A DNA stretch of 64,000 bases from an uncultured delta proteobacterium (GCA_963789265.1 CAWBKB010000001.1:2048001-2112000), one strand, 5' to 3'; counted from the stretch's first letter, positions 50,599-62,676 are shown. Numbers and translations are program-made. The notes: generated by a model not told the origin, from the letters alone.

Positions 50599-51141
50599 TC
50601 ATCCGAAGAACAACCAGCAGACCGCAATCGCAGCTATGATCCCCACTGCATCGGCTATCAGGCCCGCATGAATTGCATACCGAACTCTTGTCACCAACAC
50701 AGCCCCAAAATACACTGCCACGACGTACAGCGTAGTCTCGGTGCTCCCGATAATTACGGAACCGAGCCTCGCTTGATAAGAATCAGCTCCGTGAGCAGTG
50801 ACGATCTGTCCCAGTAGCCCGAGCGATGCGGCCCCCGAGAGGGGCCGTATCAAGATCAGGCTCAAGACATCCGGTGTCAAGCCGAGTCTGTTCAGAACTC
50901 CCGGAATGGCTTGCGTAATGAGGTTCATGGCGCCCGACGCACGGAACATGCCCACAACTACAAGTATGGCCACAAGATAAGGAATAATTCGTACGGCGAC
51001 TTCGAATCCTTCCTTGGCCCCGTCCACGAACGATTCATACACCTTGACTCCTTTGATGAAGCCGTACAATGGAATTCCCACGAGAAATGAGAGGAAAATC
51101 ACATTTGAAACTATGGCCGAAAGATCTTGCATTCCTTTCAT
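50599..51141 (-). CDS. spmB: Spore maturation protein B-like (Gate domain)
   Basis: VYESFVDGAKEGF, RPLSG, GSTETT.Y. Confidence 0.88.
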   Translation of the reverse strand: MKGMQDLSAIVSNVIFLSFLVGIPLYGFIKGVKVYESFVDGAKEGFEVAVRIIPYLVAILVVVGMFRASGAMNLITQAIPGVLNRLGLTPDVLSLILIRPLSGAASLGLLGQIVTAHGADSYQARLGSVIIGSTETTLYVVAVYFGAVLVTRVRYAIHAGLIADAVGIIAAIAVCWLFFG

Positions 51142-51749
51142 GGCGCGGTCCTTTCTTCGGGCTCCTCACGAAATCGCCTGAGTCTCGCAAGCCATCGCGC
51201 TGCAAGAATACCGGCCAAAGTTGAAGCGCACGTTGCGATCAACGCGGGTAAGACCACCACGGTAGGATCAGAAGATCCGCCGGCGGCGAGCAACGCTATC
51301 GCACTTGCCGGGATGAGTTGAACGCTGGAAGTGTTAACGGCCAGAAACATACACATCTCATCCGTAGCTGTCCCTTTGCTAGGGTTCAGAGAGTCCAAAT
51401 CCTTCATGGCCCGAATTCCCAAAGGTGTTGCGGCATTGCTGAGTCCGAACATATTGGCCACTATGTTCATGGCCATACTACCCATGGCAGGGTGGCCGTC
51501 AGGCACTCCCGGGAAAAGGAATCGCATGACGGGGGCAATCAAGAAGGTGAAGGCGCTTATCAGGCCGCTGTCTTCTGCTATTCTCATGATACCGAGCCAC
51601 AAGGCCATGATCCCCGTGAACCCGAGGGCCAACCTGAAAGCAGTCCCAGCGCTCTCAGTGGCCGCTACCACTGTCTCTCTCGTGTGACCCGTCAACACTG
51701 CTATTACGGTGGAACCAACCAAGAGGACGAGCCAGATGATGTTCAACAT
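51138..51749 (-). CDS. spmA: Spore maturation protein A-like (Gate domain)
   Basis: MLNIIW, ANMFGL.NAATP.G, NTSSVQLIP. Confidence 0.88.
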   Translation of the reverse strand: MLNIIWLVLLVGSTVIAVLTGHTRETVVAATESAGTAFRLALGFTGIMALWLGIMRIAEDSGLISAFTFLIAPVMRFLFPGVPDGHPAMGSMAMNIVANMFGLSNAATPLGIRAMKDLDSLNPSKGTATDEMCMFLAVNTSSVQLIPASAIALLAAGGSSDPTVVVLPALIATCASTLAGILAARWLARLRRFREEPEERTAP

Positions 51750-51828
51750 CGCTACATGACCCCCTGTCCATCACGAAGGGCATCTTGAATCAGTGGGCCT
51801 TGGACGCGCCTTGCGAGCCATCCACTGA

Positions 51829-52974
51829 TCATGCCTGGCTTTTTATGAAGGAGATGCTGGAGACTGGAATAGTATAAAGGTGCTGCCCAGATTCAACGCC
51901 GATAAGGCCGTTCTCATTCCAGATGAGAATTCCATTGATATGCTCGTTTGAACCCACCAGTGATATCTCCACTTCGGCCCGGGCAGAAGATAGTCTTGCC
52001 AGTACACTGCTGGTGGTTGAAGCTGCCGGAACGCCCCGAGTTGCGCCTACCGACAGCTCCACTTGATGGGCTGAGTGAGACATTTCCTGAGTCTGCGATC
52101 CATACCGACCGGGTTCGGTTGACGATATGGGCGCTTCCAGGGCTACGCTGGCAGTCATAGAAATATCATCTATCAACTCATCAATTATGGTCTCATCGAG
52201 AACCAGGGAATCGTCGATTGACTGACTCTGAGCCATTGAAGATTGGTATTGGGTCTGCGCGGGCTTGTCTCGCGGAATTGCAGTGGAAGTGGAGAGACCG
52301 GCAGAGCGAATGGGGCCTGCCGCAGGCACGGATGGTTGCGGGACCACAATTCGCTGGCCGAGGTTTTCGAAGTCTTGGAGGGTATAGCGAAAGTTGGGGT
52401 TGATAAATTTTACGTCGCAGGCCACCGTCTTTCCGGCGATTTTCGTGTTAAAAGTCTCCGGAAGCCTGAGAACAGTATCCAGGCTTACGTCCGTATCACA
52501 TTGAAGGTGGTCGCTGATGGTCCTGATGACCCGTTTTAATTGCTCCGGGTCCTTAACTTCGTTCACTTCCTTCAGGAGCCAGTAAAGGTGAGCCCCTCGC
52601 CCTGATTCCACTATGATGGAAGGAGCCCTTGGAAAGCTCCTGATGGCCTTCGCCGCCTGCTGGGGACCTTCATAGTAAACCTTCTTCTCCTCATGGCCTT
52701 CTGACCCGATGTCCAGATCAGCCCACAATGCCACCAAGAAATGTATGTGCTCTTTCTCGGCTTTCATCCGCTCTCGCGGGCAAATCCCGAAGTAGACGTC
52801 TCTTTCTTCTCCGTAGTGTTCTTTGGCAAGAATTTCGATGTTTGGGAAATAACGAGTGCTCTGCTTTGGGTCGCCCCGCTTAAAACTCTTTACAAGAATG
52901 AATCCCCGGTACTCTTTATAATATTGGGCAAAGATTGCCTCGAGAAAATCTTTGCGTGTAAACTTGGGGACCAT
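51829..52974 (-). CDS. RepB-like primase-domain protein with C-terminal Sm/Hfq-like domain
   Basis: LWADLD, PSIIVESGRGAHLYW, VLRLP.TFN.K; low-complexity linker; ~55-aa C-terminal beta domain. Confidence 0.65.
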   Translation of the reverse strand: MVPKFTRKDFLEAIFAQYYKEYRGFILVKSFKRGDPKQSTRYFPNIEILAKEHYGEERDVYFGICPRERMKAEKEHIHFLVALWADLDIGSEGHEEKKVYYEGPQQAAKAIRSFPRAPSIIVESGRGAHLYWLLKEVNEVKDPEQLKRVIRTISDHLQCDTDVSLDTVLRLPETFNTKIAGKTVACDVKFINPNFRYTLQDFENLGQRIVVPQPSVPAAGPIRSAGLSTSTAIPRDKPAQTQYQSSMAQSQSIDDSLVLDETIIDELIDDISMTASVALEAPISSTEPGRYGSQTQEMSHSAHQVELSVGATRGVPAASTTSSVLARLSSARAEVEISLVGSNEHINGILIWNENGLIGVESGQHLYTIPVSSISFIKSQA

Positions 52975-53195
52975 TGAAAAACCTAAGCCGCTTGAATTTA
53001 GGGTAAATTTTTCCCGGTTATTCTATTCGCGGGTCTCTTGAATGTCAATGACGGTCTCGCTGTGCGCGGGTCCAATTAATTCGGGGTTATTGGGGTGAGA
53101 CGCTACTTCGCCCGGAAAAGGGTGGATTCTACGCCAGGAGACCGGGGTAGGACGAGGCCCCAGGAATCTTCTCCTGACACGAGAAACTGGCGAGA

Positions 53196-54624
53196 TCAGC
53201 CCTGCTTGCTCTTCTTTTTCTTGGGAGTAATTCCCTCACGTTTCTCTCCTTTTGCGTTGCTCTTCTGCCTCGCCCTGGCCAGGTTCTCCTGGATGACTTT
53301 GTTGCCCGGCGCGAGTTTGGCGGCCTTGGCCAACATGCGGATCTCTTGCTTGCTATCACCCTTCTTGCCGAGTGCAACCGCTCGATCGTTGTATGCTTTG
53401 GCAAGATCAACCTTGATCTCGGCGCTGGACGGGGCGAGGCTCAGCGCCTTTTCCAAGAGCCGAATCTCCTCTTGCTGTTTGCCCGCGTCCCCTTTCGTGA
53501 GGGCTTCATTGTGGTATGCCGCTGCCAGATTTGTCCGGGCTAATTGATTCTTCGGATCGATCTTGATTGCTCGCTCCAGTAGCTCAATCGCCTTGGCAGA
53601 AGCCCCGGTCTTAAACTGCCGTACAGCCTCCTTGGCTAAAAGATTGCTAAGATTTCCGACGGTAGCCTGATTCTTCGGATCCAGTTTCAGCGAGGTCTCC
53701 AGGTCGGATATTCTTTCGGCGAATTGCATATTTCGACTTTCGTCTACCGCCAGGTTGTTGTATGCAGCGGCAAGGTTTCTTTTTCGTTACAGAGTCGTTG
53801 GGAAAGATTTGCAGAGCTTCTTTCAATACAGCGATCTGCCCGGTCAAATCACCGTCCTTTCCTTTGATGACTGCCGAATTTGATAAGGCCCTTCCCAAAT
53901 TCTCCTTAATCAGCGGGTCTTTCGGGGCTAACTTCAGAGCAGTCCGAAGGAGTTCGATCTCCTTCTCATCCGCGCCCGCTTTACCTTTTGCCAATGCCAG
54001 GTTGTAATAAGCTGTACCAAGATTCTTCTTAATTTTGGGATTCCCCGGATCTAATGCCGCGGCCTTTTCGAGCGCAGCCACCTCCTGGTCGTGCGTACCG
54101 GCACGGCCTTTGACCACGCCGAAGTTGTTCAGTAGAGCGGCCAACATTTTGCGGCCGGAAGCATTCTCAGGGTCGATCTCCGTTACTTGACCGAGAAAGG
54201 CAATCTTGTCCGCGAGGTGTACCTTTTCTTCGGGCAATGATGCAGCTTGCAATGCAGCGTTTATGAAATTGAACCGAATATCCTTGTCCTCCGGCGTAAG
54301 GCGTACCGCTTTTCCCAAAAAGCGTACGCCCTCCGTCGAATTTCCTTCTCGAACGAGCTTAAGTCCGAGATTGTTATACGCAACTGCAAGCACATTCTTA
54401 TACTTGAGGTTTTGTGGGGCAAGTTTTGCTGCCTTCTCAAGTGCCGCTATAGCTGCAGATATGTTGTTACGAGATAGTAGATTGCTGCCGCGGAAAAACG
54501 CATTCTCAGCCTGAACGGCGTCGGAAGGTTCGACGGCAAGTGAAGGCAGGGACGTGAGACACAAAACTACTACTAAAAGGGTCTGAGATAACGTACACAC
54601 CGTTCCTCTAGATCGCGTGGCCAT
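53196..54624 (-). CDS. TPR-repeat exported protein (frameshift in the A-run near 53780)
   Basis: Repeated LEKA..L.P.N....NL..AYNN units across two track ORFs. Confidence 0.8.
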
Positions 54625-54826
54625 GCATCGCCCCTCGCAGTCACCATTTACGGAAAGAGAAGCTCTCCCCGATAAGTGGACACATACCATGAGAATTTCA
54701 GGGGGTCAATTTAATGAGGCCATAGCGTGGCAATGCAGCCGCTCTTCTGCAAGAGCGGCCCCGGGGAGGTTGCGGCGATGATCGGCCCTATGTCCAGGAG
54801 GATATAGGGCTATTCGATCACCGGTA

Positions 54827-56911
54827 TCACGCAGTTGCAACACTTTCGGATATCTCAATTTCTGCGCTGGTCGAGGCGGTTAAGGACTCTATGCGCACCG
54901 CGCTCACCTTATAATCAGGTGTCTTGCACACCGGATCTAGAGACGTACCCAGCAAAACATTGGAATTCGCCTCTTCAAAGTGGAAATCCATGAATATGGC
55001 GCCCGGCGGGACGATATCGCCAGGTCGGACGGCTATGACCAGTTCTCCGCGCCTGGATATCACCCTGGCCAGGTCACCGTCTTTCAAGCCCAACTTTTCG
55101 GCATCGACATAATTAATCTGCGCAAACGGCTCCGGCATTTCCTTGTGCAATGATGGACAGTTCCCGGTCTGGGTACGGGTATGATAGTGCATCCATCGTC
55201 GTCCAGTCGTCAGCAGGTAAGGATACTCATCGTCGGGCATTTCCTCCGAGGGACGGTAATCGATGACGTGGAAAAGGCCCTTGCCTCGTGTAAACCTGCC
55301 TTCGTGAAGAAAGACAGTACCGGGATGATCCGTAGACGGGCAAGGCCACTGGATTCCCTCGCCTTCGATGCGATCATAGTTGATGCCACCAAATATTGGG
55401 GAAAGACTTGCCAATTCGTCCCAAATCTCTTTCGGCGAATCGTAATTCATGGAGAGCCCCATTCTGGAGCCGAGTTGGCAAAGGATTTCCCAGTCCGGTC
55501 GAGTTCCTTCTAGAGGCTCAACAGCCTTGCGTACGCGTTGCACTTTTCGTTCGGTGTTGACGAAAGTACCGTCCTTTTCGGCCCAGGAAGTTCCTGGGAG
55601 AACTACGTGCGCAAGCTTGGCGGTCTCGGTCAGGAATATGTCTTGCACCGCCAGGAATTCCGCTGACTTCAAGGCGTGGATAATGTGGTTCGTGTCCGGA
55701 TCACTCTGCGCGGGATTTTCTCCCAAGACGAACATCCCCTTGACCGAACCGTCAATGAGCCCGTACACCATGTCGGGAATGGTGTAACCCACCCGGTCCG
55801 ACAGTTCCGCTTGCCAAGCCTTCTGAAATTTGGCACGAACATTTTGATCGGTCACCACCTGGTACCCGGGATAAACATTCGGCAAACCTCCCATGTCGCA
55901 ATGCCCCTGGACGTTGTTCTGACCTCTGAGAGGATTGACCCCCGACGAACGGCGACCAATGTGCCCCGTAAGCATGGCAAGGTTCGCCAAGGACTTCACA
56001 TTGTCAACGCCATGAGAGTGCTCGGTGATGCCAAGGGTATAAAGGATGGTCGAGCACGGCGAAGTGGCATAGATCCGCGCCACGCGCTCGATTTCCTCCG
56101 GGGGTACCCCACATATTTCCGAAGCTTTCTCAGGTGGAAACTTTTCCAGATGCGCCTGAAGCTCAGCAAAACCTTCTACCCTTTCAGAGATGAAATCCGA
56201 ATTGTGCCAGTTGTTCTTCAGAATCGCATGCATCATTCCGTTGATGAAGGCCACATCCGAACCGAAGTTCAAAGTTATATGAATGTCGGAGATCGATGTG
56301 AGTTGGATCTTGCGAGGATCTACCACGATCAGGGTCGCGCCTTTCTGCTTGGCCCTGAACACTCTGTGCGCGATGAGAGGATGAGCCTCGGTGGTATTCG
56401 ATCCGACTACCAGGACAACCGATGCATCCTCGATCTCGGGGATAGAATTTGTCATCGCTCCGCTTCCGAATGCGGCGGCAAGACCTGCCACCGTCGGCGC
56501 GTGTCAGAGACGGGCGCAGGCATCTACGTTGTTGGTTCCAAAGCCTGCCCGGCAGAATTTCTGGAGAAGGTAGTTCTCTTCATTGGTGCATCGGCCTGAT
56601 GAGAGGAACGCGAGGCTGTCACCGCCGTTTTTGTCTTTGATCTCTTTCAGCCGGGAGACCGTGAAGTCCAGAGCCTCGTCCCAGGAGGCTGCTTGCAGCG
56701 CGCCGTTCTTACGCACCAGCGGAGTGGTCAGCCTGTTAGGGCTGTCAACAAATTCGTGGGCATTCCAGCCCTTAATGCACAATTTGCCGTCGTTCATCGG
56801 CGCTTTCTTGAGCGGCACGGTGCCGATAAGCTTCCCATCAAGAACTTCGAGAAGCATTTGGCAGCCGCAGCCGCAAAAGGGACATGTGGTCTTTACGAAT
56901 CTATAGTCCAT
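54827..56911 (-). CDS. fdhF: Selenocysteine-containing formate dehydrogenase alpha subunit
   Basis: CPFCGCGC...C 4Fe-4S; in-frame TGA 56504-56506 in CARL-U-HAPTV; PLRGQNNVQG. Confidence 0.93.
56474..56492 (-). promoter_or_regulatory. Bacterial SECIS element
   Basis: GGTGGCAGGTCTTGCCGCC hairpin 11 nt after UGA, like the E. coli fdhF SECIS. Confidence 0.8.
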
Positions 56912-57522
56912 CGCTGGCTCCTCAAGTAAATATGCGATCCTGGACGTTGCTGCCGGGCTTATGTCCTGGTCTGCACGAATCTACGCGAATGAAGAAACAT
57001 AATCTTCAAGCCATTACCATAGTAATATCCGAAACCAAGTGACAAGTTGCAAAAGTATCGTCCGGCTTCAGGACATGTCCGGGGAGGCGCTGTATGAGGC
57101 TAGAGTTCGTGGAAGAAACTTTGCCTTCCCATTTTTCCGCCAACGGTAGATGCGCAGGTTTACAGTTTGCTGAGAATAACGTCCGTAGTGTTCCATTGTG
57201 TCTGGAATGGCATAGCCATATATCATAACTAAAACGACCTCAGGGATTTGTCAACACATCACCGTTGCCTGTCCTGTTTAAGGTGTCATAACAGTGTCTT
57301 CCGATTATACCAGGCGTCGCTCCGCAATTCCCGATCCCAAAAAATCCGAAGTCTTGGGAACCCTGCGGGTCATTTGGAGTCATGTAGGGGTTAGCCCGTT
57401 TGGTTGAGGCCCCAGGGGGCCTCGGAACCGAAGTGAGGCTGCCGGCCAAAAGCCACTCTTGACAAAGTTCCATCGAGTAGTATGAAAAAGGTGCTTGAGA
57501 CAAGGTCCAAGGAGGATAGCCG

Positions 57523-58512
57523 ATGATAGAAGTGGAAGGGCTGACCAAGTATTACGGTCGGCTGGCTGCTATCTACGATGTAAACTTTCGCGTGGAATCA
57601 GGCGAGATTGTGGGCTTTCTGGGCCCCAACGGCGCGGGAAAAACCACCACCATGCGGATACTTACATGCTTTTGCCCCGCATCCGCGGGAGAGGCCCGTA
57701 TTCTGGGCATGGATGTGCGGGACGAATCGCTGAAGATCAGAGGAAAGGTTGGCTATCTGCCGGAAAACATTCCTCTTTACGACTGGATGCGTGTCAGGGC
57801 ATACTTGGAATTCGTGGCCCGGGCCAAGGGGGTTGCCGCGGCAAACCGGACCGCCGAGGTCGACAGAGTCGCCGAATCGGTCGGCCTCGCTCACGTCATG
57901 GACAAGATTATTCGGTGGCTCTCCAGGGGCTACCGCCAGCGAGTAGGACTTGCTCAAGCTCTCATAGGCGACCCGCCTATTCTCATCTTAGATGAGCCTA
58001 CAATCGGTCTGGACCCGAAACAGATTCGAGAGATTCGCCACCTGATTAAAAGCTTTTCTCAGAACCGCACCGTGATTCTGTCAACGCACATACTACCGGA
58101 GGTGAGCGAGGTTTGCGACCGGGTAATAATAATCAACAAAGGCTCCATCGTGGCCGAAGATTCTCCCCAAAATCTCACTAGAGGCCATGACAAATCTTCA
58201 CGGACGCAAATCGTGGTGAGAGCGCCTGCGGACCAAGTAAAGGCGCTTCTTTCGGCGCTGAATGGTGTTCGGTCGGTTCTGCCTTCGGAGCCGGCCACCG
58301 ACGGCGAAACAGAGCTGGTCGTCGAGGCCGCGGCCGACGCCGATATGCGCCCGGAATTGGCCAGAGCCATATTGAGCAAAGGATGGGACCTCCTCGAGTT
58401 GCGGCCTATTCATGTCAGCCTGGAGGATGTATTCATTGATTTGGTCACTGAAGAGACCGACGAGGATGAGGCTACTGTTGAGCCCGTCGATGAGAAGGGG
58501 GTGGCCTCATGA
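57523..58512 (+). CDS. ABC transporter ATP-binding protein (GldA-like)
   Basis: GPNGAGKTT, LSRGYRQRVG, LDEPT. Confidence 0.92.
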   Translation: MIEVEGLTKYYGRLAAIYDVNFRVESGEIVGFLGPNGAGKTTTMRILTCFCPASAGEARILGMDVRDESLKIRGKVGYLPENIPLYDWMRVRAYLEFVARAKGVAAANRTAEVDRVAESVGLAHVMDKIIRWLSRGYRQRVGLAQALIGDPPILILDEPTIGLDPKQIREIRHLIKSFSQNRTVILSTHILPEVSEVCDRVIIINKGSIVAEDSPQNLTRGHDKSSRTQIVVRAPADQVKALLSALNGVRSVLPSEPATDGETELVVEAAADADMRPELARAILSKGWDLLELRPIHVSLEDVFIDLVTEETDEDEATVEPVDEKGVAS

Positions 58513-59279
58513 GAGGATTCTGGGCGATATTCCGCAAAGAGACTGCGAACTACTTTATTTCACCCATCGCTTATACGGTGATAGCGAGCTTCCTTCTTAT
58601 TTCGGGATTTTTCTTTTGGGCAAACGTGTCGTTCATGAGTCTCGTCAGCCTTCAGGCGGCCAATAACCCGACGATAGCTCAGCGCATAAACCTGACAGAC
58701 GTGGTCATCCGGCCTCTGATGCAGAACATGAGCATCGTGATGCTTTTTGTGATGCCCCTCCTGACTATGCGGCTCTTCTCCGAGGAAAAGAAGACCGGGA
58801 CTATCGAACTTCTGCTCACTTACCCGATTAACGATTGGGCCGTGCTTTTCGGCAAGTTTCTCTCTGCGACCCTGGTGCTTCTTATCATGCTGGCAAGTAC
58901 TCTGCCGTTCATGGCCCTGCTTTTCGGCGTCGGCAGTCCCGATCCCGGAACGTTGTTGAGCTGCTATCTCGGCCTTCTTGCGATGGGAGCGGCTTTCATG
59001 GCTTTGGGTATTTTTATATCTTCACTTACCGAAAACCAGATTGTCGCTGCTGCCGTTTCGTTCGGATCGGCACTCTTGTTTTGGGTTTTGAGCTGGAGCT
59101 CCACTCTTACAGGGGAAACGGTAGGTGCAGTTCTTCGGCAGTTGTCGATCTTGGAGCATTTGGAATCTTTCAACAAGGGTATATTGGCTTTGGCCGATGT
59201 GTCCTTCTTTCTCCTGTTCACTGCGTTCTTCCTATTCTTGTCGCTGCGCTCTCTCGAAACCAACAGGTGGAAAGGGTAA
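58509..59279 (+). CDS. ABC-2 permease (GldF-like)
   Basis: PLLTMR.FSEEKK.GTIELLLT.P, multiple TM. Confidence 0.9.
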   Translation: MRGFWAIFRKETANYFISPIAYTVIASFLLISGFFFWANVSFMSLVSLQAANNPTIAQRINLTDVVIRPLMQNMSIVMLFVMPLLTMRLFSEEKKTGTIELLLTYPINDWAVLFGKFLSATLVLLIMLASTLPFMALLFGVGSPDPGTLLSCYLGLLAMGAAFMALGIFISSLTENQIVAAAVSFGSALLFWVLSWSSTLTGETVGAVLRQLSILEHLESFNKGILALADVSFFLLFTAFFLFLSLRSLETNRWKG

Positions 59280-59282
59280 AGA

Positions 59283-60762
59283 ATGAAGATCAACGATTCG
59301 TACAGAAAGATTCTTCTTGGAGGCGGCACTGCTGTCGGCATCCTGATCTTTTTAGCCATAATCGTGGCAATTCAGTACATTGTCCTGGAGCACCCGGAGA
59401 GGTGGGACTTGACTCGGGCAGGAAAGCATACTCTCTCGCCTCAAAGCAAGAAGGTGCTCGACACCTTCAGACAGAAGAAGCTGCCCATTAACGTGCTGGC
59501 GTTTTACGACGCCAAGGATACCCGCGCCCGCGACACTCTTCGAGATTTGCTGGACCGATACAGGGACACGTACGGCGAATTCACATATTCGTTTATCGAT
59601 CCGGATCAAAATCGAGCACTTGCCATTCGGAACAAGATTGATACGTACCCCTCTATCGTCTTAAAAGCAGGAAAGAAAGACGAGCGGATCGCCACAGCGG
59701 ACGAAGAGTCCGTTACGAATGCTTTGGCTAAACTTCTCAGGAACAACGTCAAGAAGATTTATTTCGTTAAAGGTCACGGAGAATCCGCACCGGACGCCAC
59801 CGATCCCGCCGGATTCAGCATCGCCAAACAGCAAATTGAAAAGCAAAACTACAAGGTCGAACAGATAGTGCTGATGCAGACAGCGTCAATACCCGACGAT
59901 GCAACGGTGCTTGTTATTGCAGGTCCTAAAACTGATCCGATGGATAACGAACTGGAACTCATACGCAATTACATCAAGCGGGGCGGCAGTGTCTTTGTGT
60001 TGCTCGATCCGTTCAAGACACCCAAGCTCGCCGCTTTCCTGAAGACCTATGGATTCCAAACCGCCAATGACATAGTGGTTGACCGCATGAGTCGCGTGTT
60101 CGGCGGAGACTACCTGATGCCGGTGATTACCACGTATATAAAATTCCCCATTACCAGGAACTTCAATCTCGCCTCCTTCTTTCCTGAAGCCCGGTCGGTT
60201 CAAGCTGCCAAAAAACCGGTACCCAATGTGACAGATCAGAGCCTTGCCCTCACAAGCCCTGTCTCATGGACGATCAACGAGGAGCAACTCAAGTCGGGAA
60301 AAGCCAACTTCGACGAAAAGACGGGCAAGAAAGGTCCTATTTCAGTAATGGCCGTATCGACATACTCCGTCCCTCCGGACAAGAAAGAGGCAGACAAGAA
60401 AACCAGCGCAACAGCCCAATCCGCTAAGGCCTCTGCCCAGCCTAAGGTCGCAAAATCCCAAAGAAAACCGGCCAAGACTGTCAAAGCACGCATCGTTGTA
60501 GCAGGAAGCGCTCTGTTCGCCTCTAATAAGTTCTTCAAATTACAGGGCAACGGAGACTTATTCATGAACACGGTGTCATGGCTGGCCGAAGATGAGAACC
60601 TCATTGCAATCCGCCCGAAATCTTCCAAATCCCAACCTATTGTTTCTGACGGGAAACGAGTCTCTTACAATGCTCCTGGTGCCTGTGGTGTTTGTTCCCC
60701 TCGCCTGGATTATAGCGGGAGTTGCGGTTTTCTTGTATCGCAGAAGGACTATCGCGGTCTGA
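59283..60762 (+). CDS. GldG-like ABC auxiliary protein (frameshift near 60645)
   Basis: WDLT...TLS, FIDPD, GHGE, GNGDLF.N.VSWL; C-terminal TM in shifted frame ending TGA 60760-60762. Confidence 0.85.
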
Positions 60763-60841
60763 AAGAGCCGTGAGGATTGCAAAGATTTAACCACGGCGGA
60801 TTGTCGGTTGACGCCCAAACTGTTTCCGGGAGGTTTCAGGA

Positions 60842-62329
60842 ATGAAGCTGAATAAAATCCTGATCTACCTATCAATTTTGGTAGCCTTGGTGGCGTACGT
60901 CTATTTCGTGGAGATAAGACATAAGCGGAATAAGCAGGCGAGTGAAGAAAAGGCCGCTAGAATAGTTCAGATGGAAAAGGATAAGATAGTACGAATAGAG
61001 CTGGCATCACACGACAAAGGAAAGATCGAGCTCAAAAAGCCTGCCAAGACATGGGTTTTGACATCACCGATAAAGACAAAAGCCGATGAAGCCGCGGTGG
61101 CTTCTCTTCTCCAGTCCATTGCGGATGCCAAATCGGAGAAGGTCGTACTGAAGAAAGGTGCCAAATGGGCCGAGTACGGACTTGATAAGCCTGAATTCAG
61201 TGTCAGCCTTGCCACCAAAGACAAGACCGCGGACGTCCATTTCGGTTCGGCTAATCCGGCCAAGACTTCCTACTATGTCAGAGTCGACGACCAGCCCAGG
61301 CTTCTGCTGGTGCCTGACACCTTGAAGATAAGCCTTAACAAATCGGCTTTTGATTTGCGTGACAAGACGGTTGTAAGTATATCCCCGGATCAGGTGGATC
61401 GAATCGCCGTAAGTACGAAGGGTAAGGAAATAGAGCTTCAGCGTGAAGCCAAGGACAAGTGGGCTATGGTGAAGCCTGAACGGATTCGAGTGAAGGCTAC
61501 ACTTGTAGCCGGTGACTTGAGGACCCTCACGAACCTGACGGCTAAGAGCATCATAGACAATCCGACCAAGGAAGGAGACCCATACGGCCTGGACAACCCT
61601 GAGGAGACCATTCTTATGGCGGGCAAGAAGCGGGAACAAACCCTCCTAGTAGGGGCCCCTGAAAAGAAACAAGACATCAAGGGTACCGTACCGAATCGAT
61701 ACGCACGCATAAAGGGCCGTGACGATGTCTACGTCATCGACGGTCAGTCACTGAAGAGCCTGAAGACGGGGATCGAGGAACTTAGAGACCGGTCATTGCT
61801 CACCTTCAACCCCGGAGACATCGAAAAGCTGGAAGTGACTCTGGGTGGCAGGACCTGGCTAGCGTTCAAAGGTAAGGATAACAAGTGGCTTTTGGAGAAA
61901 CCTGTAAAGAAGGAGAAGATGGACGCCTGGCCGGTGACCAGGATACTCTGGGATCTTAAAGACTTGCAGTGGAAGACCGAGACAAAACCCGCGCCGGCGG
62001 ACTTGGCTTCGGTCCACCTTGACAAGCCGCAGCTCACAGTGTCTCTTTTCAAGAAGGGGACAAAGGAACCTTTGATTTTGAAAGCGGGCTGGGAAGTCCC
62101 TGCCGTCAAAGAAGAACAGGGAAAGAAATCTCAGCCTTCAGGAGAAAAGAAGGCCGAAACTTCAGCCAAAGCAAAAGGTGTCAAGGAGTTACCCGCAAGC
62201 GCGAAGGTCCCTGAGAAGGTCAACGTCTTGACTCAACCTTCATTGGAGCAGGGCGCGATATTCTCCATAGATAGCGGTTTCGTTACAGGTCTGCGTACGG
62301 ATCTCAAGCGATTGACTGAAAAGAAGTGA
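60842..62329 (+). CDS. DUF4340-domain protein
   Basis: Repeated YGLD.P and LRD(K/R) motifs; typical partner of GldG. Confidence 0.85.
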   Translation: MKLNKILIYLSILVALVAYVYFVEIRHKRNKQASEEKAARIVQMEKDKIVRIELASHDKGKIELKKPAKTWVLTSPIKTKADEAAVASLLQSIADAKSEKVVLKKGAKWAEYGLDKPEFSVSLATKDKTADVHFGSANPAKTSYYVRVDDQPRLLLVPDTLKISLNKSAFDLRDKTVVSISPDQVDRIAVSTKGKEIELQREAKDKWAMVKPERIRVKATLVAGDLRTLTNLTAKSIIDNPTKEGDPYGLDNPEETILMAGKKREQTLLVGAPEKKQDIKGTVPNRYARIKGRDDVYVIDGQSLKSLKTGIEELRDRSLLTFNPGDIEKLEVTLGGRTWLAFKGKDNKWLLEKPVKKEKMDAWPVTRILWDLKDLQWKTETKPAPADLASVHLDKPQLTVSLFKKGTKEPLILKAGWEVPAVKEEQGKKSQPSGEKKAETSAKAKGVKELPASAKVPEKVNVLTQPSLEQGAIFSIDSGFVTGLRTDLKRLTEKK

Positions 62330-62502
62330 CGAGGCGGAGCCTGGGAACCAGAAAAAAACTGCACTGACCTGGTGCCAGAATGGCACTCTGGTCAGTGGCA
62401 CCCAATATCTCGCCAACATCTGATCTTGAGTGGCTCCCGCCTGGAATGCCTGCCGTCATCCCCTCGTACGCGGGGACCAATTGTAGGGGCGGGTTTAAAA
62501 CC

Positions 62503-62676
62503 CAATGCTGTTGACTTAAGCCGCATGCCCCTTGTCCAGGAACTTTTCCTTCGACGGGCCTTCACCTCGTCATTCCGGCGGAGGCCGGAATCCAGGTTTT
62601 CCTAATCTCCCCTGGACCCCGGCCTTCGCCGGGGTGACGGTGGGGTAGACGGAGGTCCCTTAAGTCAACAGCATTG
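62503..62676. mobile_element. MITE inserted in the centre of a GTAG REP
   Basis: 18-bp perfect TIR CAATGCTGTTGACTTAAG; near-identical 11-bp flanks GGTTTAAAACC / GGTTTTAAACC. Confidence 0.75.

Noticed and set aside
56491..56506. fdhF pseudogene by nonsense mutation
   Set aside because: TGA is at the Sec position and is followed by a SECIS.
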